Part shown: in pieces, positions 22,778 to 36,586 of the stretch | How the letters are laid out: the number at the start of each line of letters is the position of its first letter | Position numbering within the stretch: the stretch's first letter is position 1 | Assembly: GCA_009602725.1 (NCBI GenBank) | Contig: WELB01000001.1 | Coordinates: 2,119,185 to 2,171,405, forward strand | Direction: 5' to 3' | From: Spirogloea muscicola | Lineage: Eukaryota | DNA: 52,221 nt | Notes under the pieces: model-generated | Told to the model about the DNA's origin: nothing | Databases searched by the model: none | Seen by the model: the letters and a program-made list of their open reading frames with translations, nothing else | Translations under genes and position numbers: made by a program

Positions 22778-25700
22778 NCGGCGGCGGCGGCGGCGGCGGC
22801 GCGGGCGCGCGGACCGCCATCAAGAAGTTCAAGCTGTCCAAGGAGGGCGACGGCGTGTCGCCCACCGCCATCCGCGAGATCATGGTGAGCAACCCTAAGC
22901 CACTAAATCCTAAACCCCAAAGGCTGCACAGATACAGGCCGCCAGCCCTGGTCAGCGCAGCGCCTGGCCTTCGTTCCCATCTAAAAGCGCACGTTCAAGG
23001 TGCCCGCCGCCGTCAACCAAGGTTTCGCCGTCTTCCACTGATGCCCTCCTGTGTCACCGCAGCTGCTGCGGGAGTGCTCCCACGAGAACATTGTGCGACT
23101 GGTGAACGTGCACATCAACCACGCCGACATGTCCCTCTACCTCGCCTTCGACTACGCCGAGCACGACCTCTACGTGCGACAATCTCACTGCCGCCACAAA
23201 CCCAAAACCCTTTCCTGCTTGTAAATAAGCCTTTGCAAGATCATGCTACGCCCTCGCACGCTTGACATCCACCTCCCTCCCCTCCCTCTCCTTCCCCTCT
23301 TCTTTTCTTCTTCAGTCAACTTCTCTCCTTTCCTCCCCCTCTCACGTTCTCGTCTCCTTTGTACTCCTTTCTCTTACTCTCCCCCTTTCACGTCCTCCTT
23401 CTGTCATTATCCCACCTCCGAGCTAGCACGAGCCTCGTCTGCTTCCGCCTTCCTGCTCTGCCGCCCTTCATAAACTTCTCTTTCCTTGCATTCTGCATGA
23501 TCATCATACCATGTAATAGTTGGAGTGACAGGCTGCCATCCTCTCTTGCTTGCTGCTCTTCTACAGGAGATCATCCGGCATCATCGTGAGAAGCTTAGCT
23601 ACCCCATCAGCACGTACACCGTCAAGTCGCTCCTCTGGCAGATTCTTAATGGCCTCAGCTTTCTCCACACGTAAGCTCCGGCAGCACGGCTAGTTGCATT
23701 GCAAGACTTGCTGCCTTGCTTTCTTTTGGATTGCCATGGCGCCTTTTTCTGAGCCGCTGCTTCTCATGGTCAAGCAGCACGCTCGTTATTGCGCAGCAAT
23801 TGGATTGTTCATCGGGATCTGAAGCCTTCAAATATACTGGTGTGAGCCGCCGCTGCGCTGGCTGTCGCGCGCTGCACGATATTGCAGGCTTCTCCCATGC
23901 AAGGCCCTGAACATTCGCAGGCTGCACCATTGTGGCCACTGGGATGGCGTGCCAGGTGATGGGTGAGGGCGAGGAGCAGGGCGTGGTGAAAATCGGCGAC
24001 TTTGGGCTCGCCCGCATTTTTCAGGCGCCACTCAAGCCGCTCGCTGATAACGGAGTGCGAGCTCCCTTCTTTGCCAGCGCCCCCCGTAGCTCCTCATACT
24101 CAGACCTCTTGTATGATTACTGCATCATTATATCTGACCTCTTGATTGAGAAGTTGAGGTCTGGATGGCCTTTATGCTAGGGTCCTGGCCACCAGGGTCA
24201 AGGCCTGGCTGAGAAAGGGGCGTGCACATCTCTTAAGTGTACATAGCAGAGTCCACCCCTGCTCACAGTCTCTCGGGGGGTTCGTCTGTGGGGCAGGTGG
24301 TGGTCACCATCTGGTACCGCGCACCAGAGCTGCTCCTCGGTGCAAAGCACTACACGCCTGCTGTGGGTGAGCGCAGTCGCGGGCCGCCTGCCACTGTGTG
24401 GCATCGGCTGCATGCCACTTGCGGGGGCTCCTTCGTAGGTGCTGGCATGCCAGCCTGGTGGCTTCGCTGTTGGTTGCCAACACCCTGACCAAGTCATTGT
24501 AGCTGCTACCGCCGCCGCCGTCGCCGTTGCCAGACCTGTGGGCAGTCGGGTGCATCTTTGCGGAGCTGCTCAACCTGAAGCCCCTTTTTCAGGGCGTCGA
24601 GGACAAGAGCGTGCCCAATCCTTTCCAGGCCAGCACTGCCCGCCCCGCTGCCGCAGCCTGCTGGCGTCTGGCAGCCTGGCAGCCCTTGCAGACCGTGCAT
24701 TGCAGCTCAGGGCTGCCCGCTGCACCACTTGCATGCCAGAAAGCTGACTCATGTCCCCGCCCATCAACTTGCTGCGCAGATTGATCAGCTGGACAAGATT
24801 TTCCGTGTTCTCGGTACACGATTTCCCAACCTCTTCAAGCTGCAGCAGTCCGTCCCCATGCTGTGCTGCCCGCCTTTGCACGCCCCTTGCATGAAGTGGC
24901 GTGCCTTCAGAAGCCTCCGCTTGTGCGGTGCAGGTCATCCAACAACCGAGCGGTGGTCGTCGCTTGCGCACATGCCTCACTGGCAGGCCAACCGGCAGTA
25001 CATTCAGGCTCGCAAAATGTGAGCGTCTGCCCACCACTTGAAGACCATGGAAGCCTGATCTATGAACCCTTCCATAGTTTTAGAAGATCCTCCATTCTCC
25101 CCAACAGCTTTGGCAGTGGACGATTGCGCAAAGAAAGCTTGCTTGCTTTCTTTGCGCTACTTGGCATCTCTGGGGTACATGGCGCATCAGCTGGCACGAG
25201 CTTTACGGAGGCCTGTACTGCACTGGCTTGCTGAGCCCGGGCTGCTTGCTGCCGCTGGGGTGCCACGGGCGCCAGCGACGTGCCGGCACTGCCGAGCATG
25301 GTGCAACTACCGCTCAAGAGCCCTGCTTACGACCTCCTTCTCCACATGCTCGAGTGAGAGCCCCGCTCTGCCGCCACCTCTGACTCTTTCACAGTGTCCT
25401 ACTCCAAGCAAGCACCCCTTGCAACTTCATTTCCGCTTGGGCTGCAATATGCCTGGGCTGTGCAGAGGCCTCGTTGCCACTCTCCTCTCCAACTTTCCGC
25501 GATTCTGCAATTCTCCACTTCGTTGCAGCATGTCAGACCAAGCTCTGCTGGCCTCTTACCTAACTTTTTATTTTTCGCGGTGGGGTGATACAGGTACGAC
25601 CCAGCCAAGCGCATCACTGCTGCTCAGGCCCTGGAGCACGAGTGAGCCCTGCAGCAGCCACATGAGGCTGTCCTCTCATCGTGCCTAGCAACTTGCAGCC

Positions 25701-26628
25701 CCTTGCCGTCCTGGATGCCATCCTCATGCTGCAGATTCAGTTAAGCAATGTGGCTCCTTTTGACGCATGTTTACAGGTACTTCAAGCTGGAGCCACAGCC
25801 TGGCCGGAAGTAAGTGGCGCGCAGACCAGCGCACAGAGATGGCCTTTTGTGGCTCGGGCCTGCGGTAGTCAACGTGCTCTTCCGCGTGGCCTATACCCAA
25901 CGGCGGTCGAGCCAGGTCAGGCAGCGCCAGCTCCTTGGTCATTGATGCATGTTTGTTGGCGCCGCTGTTGCAGCTCCTTTGTACCAGGGCACCCAAGCGA
26001 GAAGATGGTCGTGTACCCAAACAGGCCGGTCGATGTCATGACTGACTTTGAGGGCAGCCAGGTCCAGCAGCAGGTTCGTGACAAGACATTGCCTCCTCCT
26101 TCTCTTGTTCCTCCCTCCCTTCTCTCCTTCCCCCCCTTCCCTTCCTTCCTTGCTTCTCCTGCTCATAAAACTTCGCTGATTACACAGCCAGGGCCACATA
26201 TGCCAACATTGTTTACTCTTCTGTGCTGTAGGGGCCTGCGCCACCGAGTAATGGGCAAACGGGGGGCGCCCAGCAACCCCCACCGCAGGCTGGCGAGTGG
26301 CAGCCTTCAAGTGGGACCCAAGCTCCCATGCAGGGCGGTGGCCGAACCCAGCCTGCATCACAGCATCTACTGCAGCAGCAGCAGCAGCCGCTGCAGGTGC
26401 ATTATCAGTGCTTGACTCTACACTGCTGCGCACTTGTTCTTGTCGGGGCTTGCATGCTGGTCATCATGTCACCGTGCCCAAGCTGCCTTGCCCCTTCTGG
26501 CTCTGTTTGACAGGACCGCTTACTCCATGTGATTTTGCTGACAGGGCCGAGGCAAGGAGCGGGGAGGCATGGGGGGCGTGGGAAATGTGCCCCATCCGCC
26601 CAACAAGATCCGACGAACTGGGGCTTAA
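22665..26628 (+). CDS. CDKE1: Cyclin-dependent kinase E-1 (CDK8, Mediator kinase)
   Basis: [87 protein letters not shown]; ends [10 protein letters not shown] at 26628. About 15 exons. The N-lobe G-loop is missing at the palindrome/gap, so the start is inferred. Confidence 0.95.
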
Positions 26629-27374
26629 ACGATCACCATTCCCCACCCTTACTTCCTTACATTGCGGTTGTGAAAGAGTGCGCAGCCCAGCCACGAAGGC
26701 CGTCGGCGCCTTCGATTCTGAAGATGTGCCTTATGGTATCATTCTTAGGAACCAAAGACATCAGTCCTACCTCTGTATACTGGATACTTGTGTAGCCTTT
26801 TCCCCCGCCTCTTGCTCTCCCTCTATATCCTGCCAAAATCCGGATCGTGCCAGCACCAACACGTCGTGGTTGCCATCGAATACACGCTTGCCCTGTTGTA
26901 TTGCAGCTACTAAACCTCATGCCAATAGCCTGCCCAGCCATTGACTTGCTCTAGCAATCATCTGATCGGCTGGCAGTCAAGCAATTGACTTGAGCTGCCT
27001 TTCACATGCACAAGCATGCATTTGGCCTCCAGACTGGTTGGCCCCCAAGCGCTTCATGTTCCTCAGTAAAACTCTGCAGACTTCTTCAACACCGTTTGTT
27101 GATGTTGTCTGTGCCGCAAGCTGCGGCCGAATGGTGCAAGTGCGCCTAGGCACGAGCTGTTTGTGGCAAACCGGCGGTGTCTCAAACCAAGGCAAATGTA
27201 GCCAGGTCTTCTCAGCCAGACATTTACCAAGACTCTCAAACAGTCCTCTGTGCTGCTGCTCGTGAAGCAATGCCCGCCAGGGGGTGGCCGTTGGAGCCAG
27301 GGCCAAATAGAAGTGGCATGCATTGCAGAAAAGGACTGCCAGAGATAGAGCCGCTGGGCAGCCGAGGTGTGCAG

Positions 27375-30131
27375 TCATGCGGCCTTGCTGCTGGCTTCTT
27401 CGCCGACCTCGGGTGCAGCTGGCGCCTTACAGACTGGGCAAGCGTTTTTGATGACCAGCCACTGCTCGATGCACAGCGCGTGGTACACGTGCCCGCATGC
27501 AATTTGAGCCACCTCCTCATTCTCCAAGTACTCCTCCTGCATCACCAGGCACCCGGCCAACGCAGCTCCGAGTGTCAGCGGAGCTGCCAGCGGCATTCTG
27601 GCCAGCTGGCCTGAACAGCAGCGCCTCTTGGGTGGTCAGTGCCGGGAGGGTAGGTGCACAGACCTGGCAGACAGTGCACTTGACATCGACGTCTGAGTGG
27701 TGAGGCAACGGCTCAGCCGGCAGCTCAACGCGCAGGCGCGTGACGATTCCGGGAATAGACTCTGGCGCCACGCCCGTGCTCACGTTCCCAATGCGATCCC
27801 CCAGAGCCAGCAACTCCTGGCACGTAAGGAGGGGCACCCCGGCAAGGGGCGGGGCGGCATTATCAGCAAAGGCAATATTGGCTCGGCGGCCACTCTAACT
27901 CAAAGCCCACAATGGCCAGAGGCCCAGCATCAAGAATGCTGCAGAGCGCACAGCTGGATGCATGCCGTGCCGGTCAGTTGCGCAGCAGCAAGCACAGCCT
28001 GCAGAAAATAGGCAGCAGGACACAGCAACAAGGCATGACGGTGGAAAAGGACCTCGTAGGACATGTTGTCCACGTCCATGCGCATCGCGTGGTGCTCATC
28101 CAGCAGGCCACGCTGGCCGAAGAAGCGAGACGCCTCCAGCATCACCAGCTGCTGCATGTGGAGGCCACCGGAACAGACGGGCGTGCTGCCAGTCAGCCTT
28201 GCAAGCATGCGGAGCATAGGACTGTCATGTCGCTGATTGGGCACACTGCAGCTTCTGGTTGTGCCAGCAGTGCTCTTACCTCGGCTGTCAGCCCGCCCTC
28301 GCCCTCGACAACCTCAAGCGCCCGCATGAGCTGCGCATAGATCGGTGCAAGAGGCGCATGTGTGAGTGCTTGCCGCTGGGCGAGCGGACCGCTTGCATGC
28401 CCACTGACTGCCTGCCAATCTGCAGCAAATGGCAGAGATGCTCACCTCGGCGATGGCCTCCTGGAGGCCCTCGTGCATGTTCGCTTCCTGGCTGCCATGT
28501 CGCAGGTGCCGTGCAGAACGCCGGCCTGCCGACGATCCCAGGCGGTCCAGGATGGAGCGCCGCCGGTCAGTCTGTCGGTCTCGATCCCGTTCTCGCACCT
28601 GCTCGCGCTCGCGCTCCCGCTCCTGCTCGCGTTCCTGGCCACGTTCCTGGTCTCGGTCACGATCACGGTCCCGGTTGCCCACATATGGCCGGCCGGCAAA
28701 CGGCAGGCTGCCGTGGTAAATAACGTGCTCTACATGGCCGTCCACAGCAGATGAGCTGCTGCTGCCTCCACCACTGCCGCCGCTGCCCACGCCGCCGCGA
28801 CGGGAGGAGGAGCTCGGGAAGGAAGGCATGCGGCCGACAGCGCGGAGGCGGTCGAGGTGCTGCGGTGGCGCAGGGGCGGCATGATGTAAATGATGATGTT
28901 GGTGGTGTTGATGGTTGTTCTGCTGCTGCTGCGCCAGCGCCATCGCCAGAGGTGCCGTCTGCTGGTTTGGCTGTTGGAATTCCAGCATAGCGTGGTGGTC
29001 AGCCTGCAGAGGCTGGCCGCCACCAGCTCCTGGCGGTTGTGCCGGCATTGGGAGGTGCGGCAGCAGCAACGGTGGTGGACTGCTCTGGTGATGGTGGTGG
29101 CGCTGGAGGTACGGTGCCGCCTGGTAGTGCGCCTGCGCCTGGCTGCCACTCCCGCTGCTGCCGCCACTGTTACTGCCGCCGCCGTGGCCTCCAGGTAGCA
29201 GCGGCAGCTGCCAGAATGGCAACGCCGTGCTGGGGGCGGCGCTCGGCGGGTAGGCCAGCGGCGGCGGTGACATGCCACTGGGCAACGGGGCCGGCCCTTG
29301 GTCGTAGAGCTGCCGCGGTGGCGGCAGCGACTGCTGGTGGCCGCCGACGCCGTAGTGGGCTGCGACGAGGTCGTGGGCATGGTGCAGGTGACGGTGGTGG
29401 TGGAACTGCGGGTGGCGGGCGTCGCCGCCGCCGCTGCTGGGGCTGCCAAAGCCAGCAGCAGCCCCCATTGTCAATGGACCTGCCGCCGAAGTTGGGGCGG
29501 AGGTAGAGGATGACGAGGGCGAGTCCACCGAGGAAGCCGGCAGGCTGCGGTGGTGCTGGAGAAGGTGGCCACCGGCGGCCACCGCCGGCGCTGCCGGCCC
29601 CTGTGACGAGTATGACACTGTGCGCCGCAATGGCGCCCAGCCGGGAGACAGCGGCGGCCGGGCCATGCCAGTGGTGGCGGCAGCAGGGGCCCGCAGCTGC
29701 GGCTGCTCCAGCATGTCCGCCATGGCGGCGCTGAACGGGGGTGGGCCCTCGGCGGAGGGCCCGGCCGCCATGTCACTGCTGCCGACCAAGTCATGGCGAG
29801 GCTGCCACATGGCAACACCACCGCCGCCACCGCTGCCTGGCTGGAGGCCATGGCCGCTGCCGTCACCGGCCCTGCCAGCGGCGTGATCGACGCCCTCGAC
29901 GATGCCGAAGCTGTCGAAGAAGGTGTCCCAGGATGCGGAGGCCCCGCTCGGGGAGCCCATGGCCGCCCCGCCGCCGTCCGCCTCCGGCCAGCTGCGGAAG
30001 GGGTGAGGCGGCCAGGCAAATGCGCCGTCCCTGCCGCCGCCGCCGCCGGGATCCTCGGCTGCAGCCGGCGGCAGAGAGTGGTCGCGGTGGCGCTCGCGCA
30101 GGAGCGCCCACGTGCCGGGGGCGCCGCCTCG

Positions 30132-30134
<3 letters not shown>
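27375..30134 (-). CDS. CTL-family (YEELL motif; MBR/RHG1A-like) RING-H2 E3 ubiquitin ligase; 5' end lost in gap or at M 29960
   Basis: Spliced IAE|LMRALEVVEGEGGLTAE|QLVMLE...DEHHAMRMDVDNMSYE|ELLALGDRIGNVSTG...CTVCQ|EEY...CGHVYHALCIEQWLVIKNACPVCK. Long low-complexity N-terminal exon 28446-30134. Confidence 0.9.
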
Positions 30135-30224
<90 letters not shown>

Positions 30225-31181
30225 NNNNNNNNNNNNNNNNNNNNNNNNNNNNNNNNNNNNNNNNNNNNNNNNNNNNNNNNNNNNNNNNNNNNNNNNNNNN
30301 NNNNNNNNNNNNNNNNNNNNNNNNNNNNNNNNNNNNNNNNNNNNNNNNNNNNNNNNNNNNNNNNNNNNNNNNNNNNNNNNNNNNNNNNNNNNNNNNNNNN
30401 NNNNNNNNNNNNNNNNNNNNNNNNNNNNNNNNNNNNNNNNNNNNNNNNNNNNNNNNNNNNNNNNNNNNNNNNNNNNNNNNNNNNNNNNNNNNNNNNNNNN
30501 NNNNNNNNNNNNNNNNNNNNNNNNNNNNNNNNNNNNNNNNNNNNNNNNNNNNNNNNNNNNNNNNNNNNNNNNNNNNNNNNNNNNNNNNNNNNNNNNNNNN
30601 NNNNNNNNNNNNNNNNNNNNNNNNNNNNNNNNNNNNNNNNNNNNNNNNNNNNNNNNNNNNNNNNNNNNNNNNNNNNNNNNNNNNNNNNNNNNNNNNNNNN
30701 NNNNNNNNNNNNNNNNNNNNNNNNNNNNNNNNNNNNNNNNNNNNNNNNNNNNNNNNNNNNNNNNNNNNNNNNNNNNNNNNNNNNNNNNNNNNNNNNNNNN
30801 NNNNNNNNNNNNNNNNNNNNNNNNNNNNNNNNNNNNNNNNNNNNNNNNNNNNNNNNNNNNNNNNNNNNNNNNNNNNNNNNNNNNNNNNNNNNNNNNNNNN
30901 NNNNNNNNNNNNNNNNNNNNNNNNNNNNNNNNNNNNNNNNNNNNNNNNNNNNNNNNNNNNNNNNNNNNNNNNNNNNNNNNNNNNNNNNNNNNNNNNNNNN
31001 NNNNNNNNNNNNNNNNNNNNNNNNNNNNNNNNNNNNNNNNNNNNNNNNNNNNNNNNNNNNNNNNNNNNNNNNNNNNNNNNNNNNNNNNNNNNNNNNNNNN
31101 NNNNNNNNNNNNNNNNNNNNNNNNNNNNNNNNNNNNNNNNNNNNNNNNNNNNNNNNNNNNNNNNNNNNNNNNNNNNNNNNN
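30135..31181. other. Poly-T run plus assembly gap (N)
   Basis: About 90 T followed by about 957 N. Confidence 0.95.
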
Positions 31182-32687
31182 NGCAGATGTCAACTTGACG
31201 GGCGGTGATGACCGCCACCTTCGCCCCACCGCCGCCGACCTTCGCGTGGGGCCAAGCCAGGCCCGCCACCGCGGCGGCGGCGGCGGCGGCGGCCGCGGGC
31301 GCAGCCTGCGACGGCCGCCCCGCAGCCTCGGCGACGGCCGCAGCTTGCGAGCGCCATGGCATGGCATTGCCGCCGCCGCGGCAGCTTCTCGCTCGCCAGA
31401 ACTTTGACACACGACAATCTTTGCAATGGGCGACTAGGCTCCTCTCGTCGGTGGCTGCGGGGAGGTGGCGCTGCCGCTCTGGATGATAAGCCAGTGCCAG
31501 CAGACGCCGACTCAGCGGCGTGCTCAGCAGACGAGAGAGCGGCAGAGACCAGCGGATGGGGCTTCGGCAACTTGAGGCTTTGCGTGCGCGGGCCAGTTGG
31601 TAAGGCAGCGTGTCAAGGAAGCGCTGCACTACAGATAGCGAGGTGATGGGGGCCTGCCGCAGGAGGACTGCACCGAAGCTTGCTGACTCGATTTAGTCTG
31701 TCGCACATTTTGCTCCTGGTAGCGATTGCACAGTGGTCCACTCGCACTGTAGTTGCTAGCCAACCACGGGAGAAGCCGTGGAGGCAATTGCAAGACTTGG
31801 CGGCAGAGAGCAGGTGCACAAGGCAGGAAGTCGAGCATGCACAGGTCTAGTCCGACTGCACATAATCCACATTAGCAGTTGGGACGGCACACTGCAGGTT
31901 GACATGTACTTGCTGCCTGGCACACAGATCCCAACAGTGGGCATGCCTCCTGCAGGCCAGTCCCCCATTGTGCAATCAAGAATATGTAGTGAAACATTGC
32001 TATGTTAGCATGTCCAGATCTGCATTTTCACAGCCCATTGCTGATGCACTTATAAGCTAGATGTCTACAAGCTGCAGCTTAGCCCGAAGTGGTACGTCCT
32101 ACTTTGGCTCAGAGGCGACGTTTGGCTCCTCAACTGCAAATGTAGTAGAGTTTCAGCCTAACCTTGGCCCAGCTGCACCCGCTCCCTGTTGCCCGTCTTT
32201 AGAGGCTGAGGGCCTCCATCCGCTGGCAATTCGGACTGCTGATCAGATTTGCTTCAAGATGACAGCAGAAAGCCAGAGATGCGAACGCTCTTCAGTTGTT
32301 TCAGGCAAAGCAAGGGGCTAGGCATGCATGCCCAACCAAGATGTAATGATCACTTGGCCATCTGAAGCTGCTAAGCTTGCATCACTTTCCTCCTATCTCT
32401 GCGCCAATGGTTCACCTAGGCTCCGAGCTGGAGAAGATGCCAGGTTGCAGGAGAGCCTGCCAAATCCGGGCTCCCTCGTCTTCAGCTGCTACAGGCCCCT
32501 GCAGCAGCCTCAGGTAAAAGCGTCACTGTCAACACCCTGACATGAAAGTCCTGCGTGCATGGGAAGACAATGTATAGAATTGGATCCTACTATAAGCAAT
32601 TGATGAAGAAGCATCAGGCAGGCTACCTGACAACATGCAATGACACTTGAATCAGTTTGACTGTCATATAATATAGCTCAGAAATAC

Positions 32688-35600
32688 TTATCCTCGAATT
32701 ACCTCGAAGTGGTCATGGTAATTAACAATGGTTTCTTCAGAATCATACGAAGACTCCAAGTGGCCAGCTGCACTTTGTTTTACAATCTCTGGTGAGCACC
32801 ATATTGGGATATTTGGGGCGGGCGTTGGAAGCTGGTAACCTTTCCCTAGGATCCTCTCAGCGGTCTGTGAGAAAGGTCTCAGAGGGATGGTTGGCAGTGG
32901 AGCTGCAGAAGGTGCTGCTTCTTTCCCGGCCGCAGTGTTCTCCTCTTTCACAAGGTTGAGCGAGTCTGGCATTCTCAGCCACGGCCTGTGCCTCTGGCGC
33001 CGCTTCCTTTTCCAAGCCGCAGCCGTCTTCTGCCGCTTGAAGGGCAATTTGTGATGGTCTGGCCGTGCTCGGAGGGCCTCCAGTCTCCACCGTCTACGGG
33101 CCGAGAAGATGGACTGAGAGGATGATAAGTCGTCTCCGCCTGTACTTAGGACCCTGGTGGTGCTGGCCTTCACCCTGGCAGCGCTTGATTTAAGTGGAGC
33201 TGGTGGTAGCATACTTGGCGTGCTAAGGAGCACGTCGTCCACGAGCCGCTGCATGGCAGGTTCAGTTGGCTGGAACAAAAGGCCACTGTCGATTGTACTA
33301 AGGTGCTTATGTCCTCCCTCACTGCCAATGAGGGAGTAAAGAGCGTCCCTGCCTTGCCGCAGTTCCACGTCGAAGCTACTTAGCATCTCATAGGAGAAAG
33401 CCTTATCAAGTAATGCTTGGCGCAAGAAGAGTGCCACGAGAAGAACGGCAGGGAAAGCCAGCCCCAAGGGGCTGACAGCTACTCCCAGCATGAGAAGAGC
33501 ACAAGCAGCCTGAATTGCCATGTAGTTGGTGATATGGTGTTTGCCTATCTCCACTCCATGCGACCCCATCAGGGGTCCTCTCCATCCTCGCTCTTGCAGG
33601 AGAATATGAAGCCGGGAGGTGAAAGGGAGGTCGCAGATGTGAGAGAGACCTGTCTGAGAGGAGACATGAAGTATCATGCTCAGTATAGCCTGTGATGGCT
33701 CTCGTCAACAACAACATGCATGCAACCTTCGGAGAAGTTGGAGAAGTATCTGTGGAGCAAGCAATTGAGATGGAATTACTGCAGACTCATTATTGAAGAG
33801 CACTCTTCTATAAAAGCTCACAACGATTGAGCAAACCAGCAGTCATCCTAGAAGGATAATAGATGAAGTTGAGCTAGCATGACAGGGGTTTTTTGTACGT
33901 GGAGCAGAAGATCTGTACCTGGAGCAGGAGCCCCACTAGCACAGCTTGCGGTGGCAACCGTGGCAAGGTGATGAACCCAGGAAGCAGTAGCAGACCAGCA
34001 CCACCAGCTACGAGGAATGCTGACGATCTCTGCCGTTCCGAGATGCTATGACGACCCGCCTCTTGGCTCTCCACATCCTCCACCTCAAGTTCCTCATACG
34101 CTTTCAGAAGATCCACATGCCTTGCGCTCTGCACAGGAGACATACCTCAGTCAAATCAGTAACGATTGGTGTGATCTGTCTTCTATATCCTTGAGACGCA
34201 GCCTCCTCCTACAATAAAAGTTGATGCGAGGCCCTTTCGCATCTTTCTTCGTGATCGTTCGAATATTCTCGATTACTGATGTGTATCGAGCCTGTGTCTC
34301 AATCCTAAGTATCAAGCAACAACCAGCTTAGTCTGTGGTGATGGTCACCTGATACCACAGGCCACAGGCAAAGGGCAGGCCAAGGAGGGAACAGAAGAGC
34401 ACCAATAATGCGACTACTAGAAGGTCCCGGTCCAAGTTATCAACGCCCACTCTTTTGCCAGTGGGCTCCTGTTGAGGCCTCTCTGAGGAGCAGTTAGCAT
34501 ATTGACTCGCGTTGTAACACAGGCACAATTAAGGCATGATACACTGAGATTGGCGAAAGTCATACTGTACCTGAGCGAGTAAAGACACGCAACTCTGTTC
34601 GTAAAAGATGAGGGATCCATCAACATGCCATCAACATGCCTGGGACCAGTGCAAGAACGCCAGCCCAGAGCGGAATCTGAAGTAATTTACTAATGCTACC
34701 CATCTTAGATACGTGGTCACTGTGGTAGGGAATGGTAGCCACTTCTGTAGTCACACTGTTCACTAATTCCACCCTCCGGAATAGCCTCACAGCTGCACGT
34801 ACATTGCGTCAAAGCATGTGGGGCGTGCTAGGTCAAAACCTGATCAGGTCTGAGGGGGTCATCATGGACCAGACGGTATCAGCAGGATCTTGTTGTACAA
34901 ATACCAAGCTCAAAACATCTCTGCACATTTGAGGAACGTGTAGTGGTAATTAATATCTTCAAGAGGCAGAAAGGTCTCTCTAGGCATGGCTGCCACACCT
35001 GTGAGAAGGACCAGTGCCAGCAGAGGTTCGAGATCAGAGATCGTGCGACGGACTTCAGTACCGAGGTAAGGCCAATAGTAGGCCCGCGATAAGGCCATTG
35101 AAATGACGAATGTAGTTGTCGCCAGCCAAAGGGCCAAGTATGCTGAGTCAGGTGGATATCTCTTGACAAACCATATGAGGAAGGCTGTGAACAAAGCATA
35201 CGGTCGAGCCTCATGTCAGGAAGAGTAACAGTCCGATATGATGGAAGAAGTCATGATCTTTGCTACAATGCAGATGGGCAAGGGCTGCGGAGTTATGCTT
35301 TAGCTATCCACTCCGTATTAAGCACGGCAGAAGCACTGGATATGGTGAGGCAAGCTTGTGCAGCAGGATGCAGCCGTGTACTGACCAATTGCATCATAAA
35401 CAAAGTAGAGACCTGTTATGATCCGCAGAATTTCCCAGCTAGGAAAGACACTCAAGGCTTGTCAGCCCTTATGGGGAATGGCGTACGCAACCATCACAGT
35501 GCAACTTATCTGCTCGACCATGCATAAATATAACAACAATATACCAACAAAATTTGCATGTGGTGGTCATACACGAGAAACAACCCCACTGCTCACTAAC

Positions 35601-36586
35601 CCCCATTCACACTGGCTCATAACAACCCCAGCGTCTGTCGAAGTCCTGCATGCAACCCCATCACTGACCTGAATGCAGTGATGAATCGCTTGAGCTGGCC
35701 AGCTCGGCAAAGGCTCAGCAGCACCAGCAAAAACGAGCACCAGATACCAATCCAGCCCAGCCAGGGTAAAAACTCCACCTACAGCAACTTTGAGAACCCG
35801 ATGTTACAGTAGTACATTATAGTCTACGCACATGGTATATCCTCCTAGTATATATCTGCTCCATTCACAAGCCAGCGCTTGTCACTCTCTGCTGGCGAGT
35901 ACTTTGAGCAAGCTTGAGCTTGTGCAGCGGGGCATATCCATCGAAGTATACTATATCGATACATGTGTGCAGTTAGACCTGAATCCTAGTTGCAGTGTCG
36001 AAGACGGCGTATATGAAGATCACCACTGGTCCACTCACACCAACGATGACTTTCGGCTGCTTTGCAAGCAAAGAGAATATAGCTCCGCAGAGAAATGTGG
36101 AGAACAGTGTCTCTGTAGGCCCTATTGTGTGCTGCACACGGAGCAAACTTAGTGTGGCGAAGAGAAACTGGTCTTGCAGCTCAAAATTTGCGCACCTGTT
36201 GCATTCATGCCTTGACTGGAGAACATCTGCATGAAGAAAGTGCCCAAAGAGCCCGTGAAAGAAGCACACGCATATCTAATCTGACGTCCTGTGCATGCAT
36301 GCGGAGATGTACCTTAAGGGCCACTTGATCGGCCGTGTGCGCTCACCTGTGTCTTGTGCAGAAGAGCGACGCCGAACACGAGTGCATGGACGACGGACTG
36401 CGCCAGGACCAGGGGGACGGCCGCGAGGACGACGGGCAGGCGCAGGCCGCTCCGCCAGTCGGAGCAGTACGACTGCACAGCAGACTGCAGGCCGGCGACG
36501 CCGTCGCTCCAAAAGGAGGGGCCGTCGGGCTCTCGGCTGCGCAGCGCCGCTACGAGGTGGCGCCAGAGACGCGGCCAGCCGGCCAT
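32688..36586 (-). CDS. Divergent SLC4/BOR (HCO3- cotransporter family) anion or borate transporter, apparently frameshifted
   Basis: YCSDWRSG..ALVFG; ETLFSTFLCGAIFSLLAKQPKVIVGVSGP; FLPWLGWIGIW; VRRTISD; IFYEQ; RDLLVV..CSLLGLP; QRSS..PQAVLVG; IQAAC..SPLGLAFP..R..LLDKAFS..LSSFD. These appear in SLC4 order across about 11 exons. Frameshift and TGA at about 34620. Confidence 0.85.

Noticed and set aside
30135..30224. Poly-T runs (also 39687-39809) as retrotransposon poly(A) tails or poly-Lys/Phe coding
   Set aside because: Both directly abut N gaps in GC-rich first-exon regions, which is typical of gap-edge artefacts.
31182..32540. Possible + strand gene after the gap (MAWHCRRR...)
   Set aside because: Transit-peptide-like composition only. 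I could not assemble a supported exon chain.
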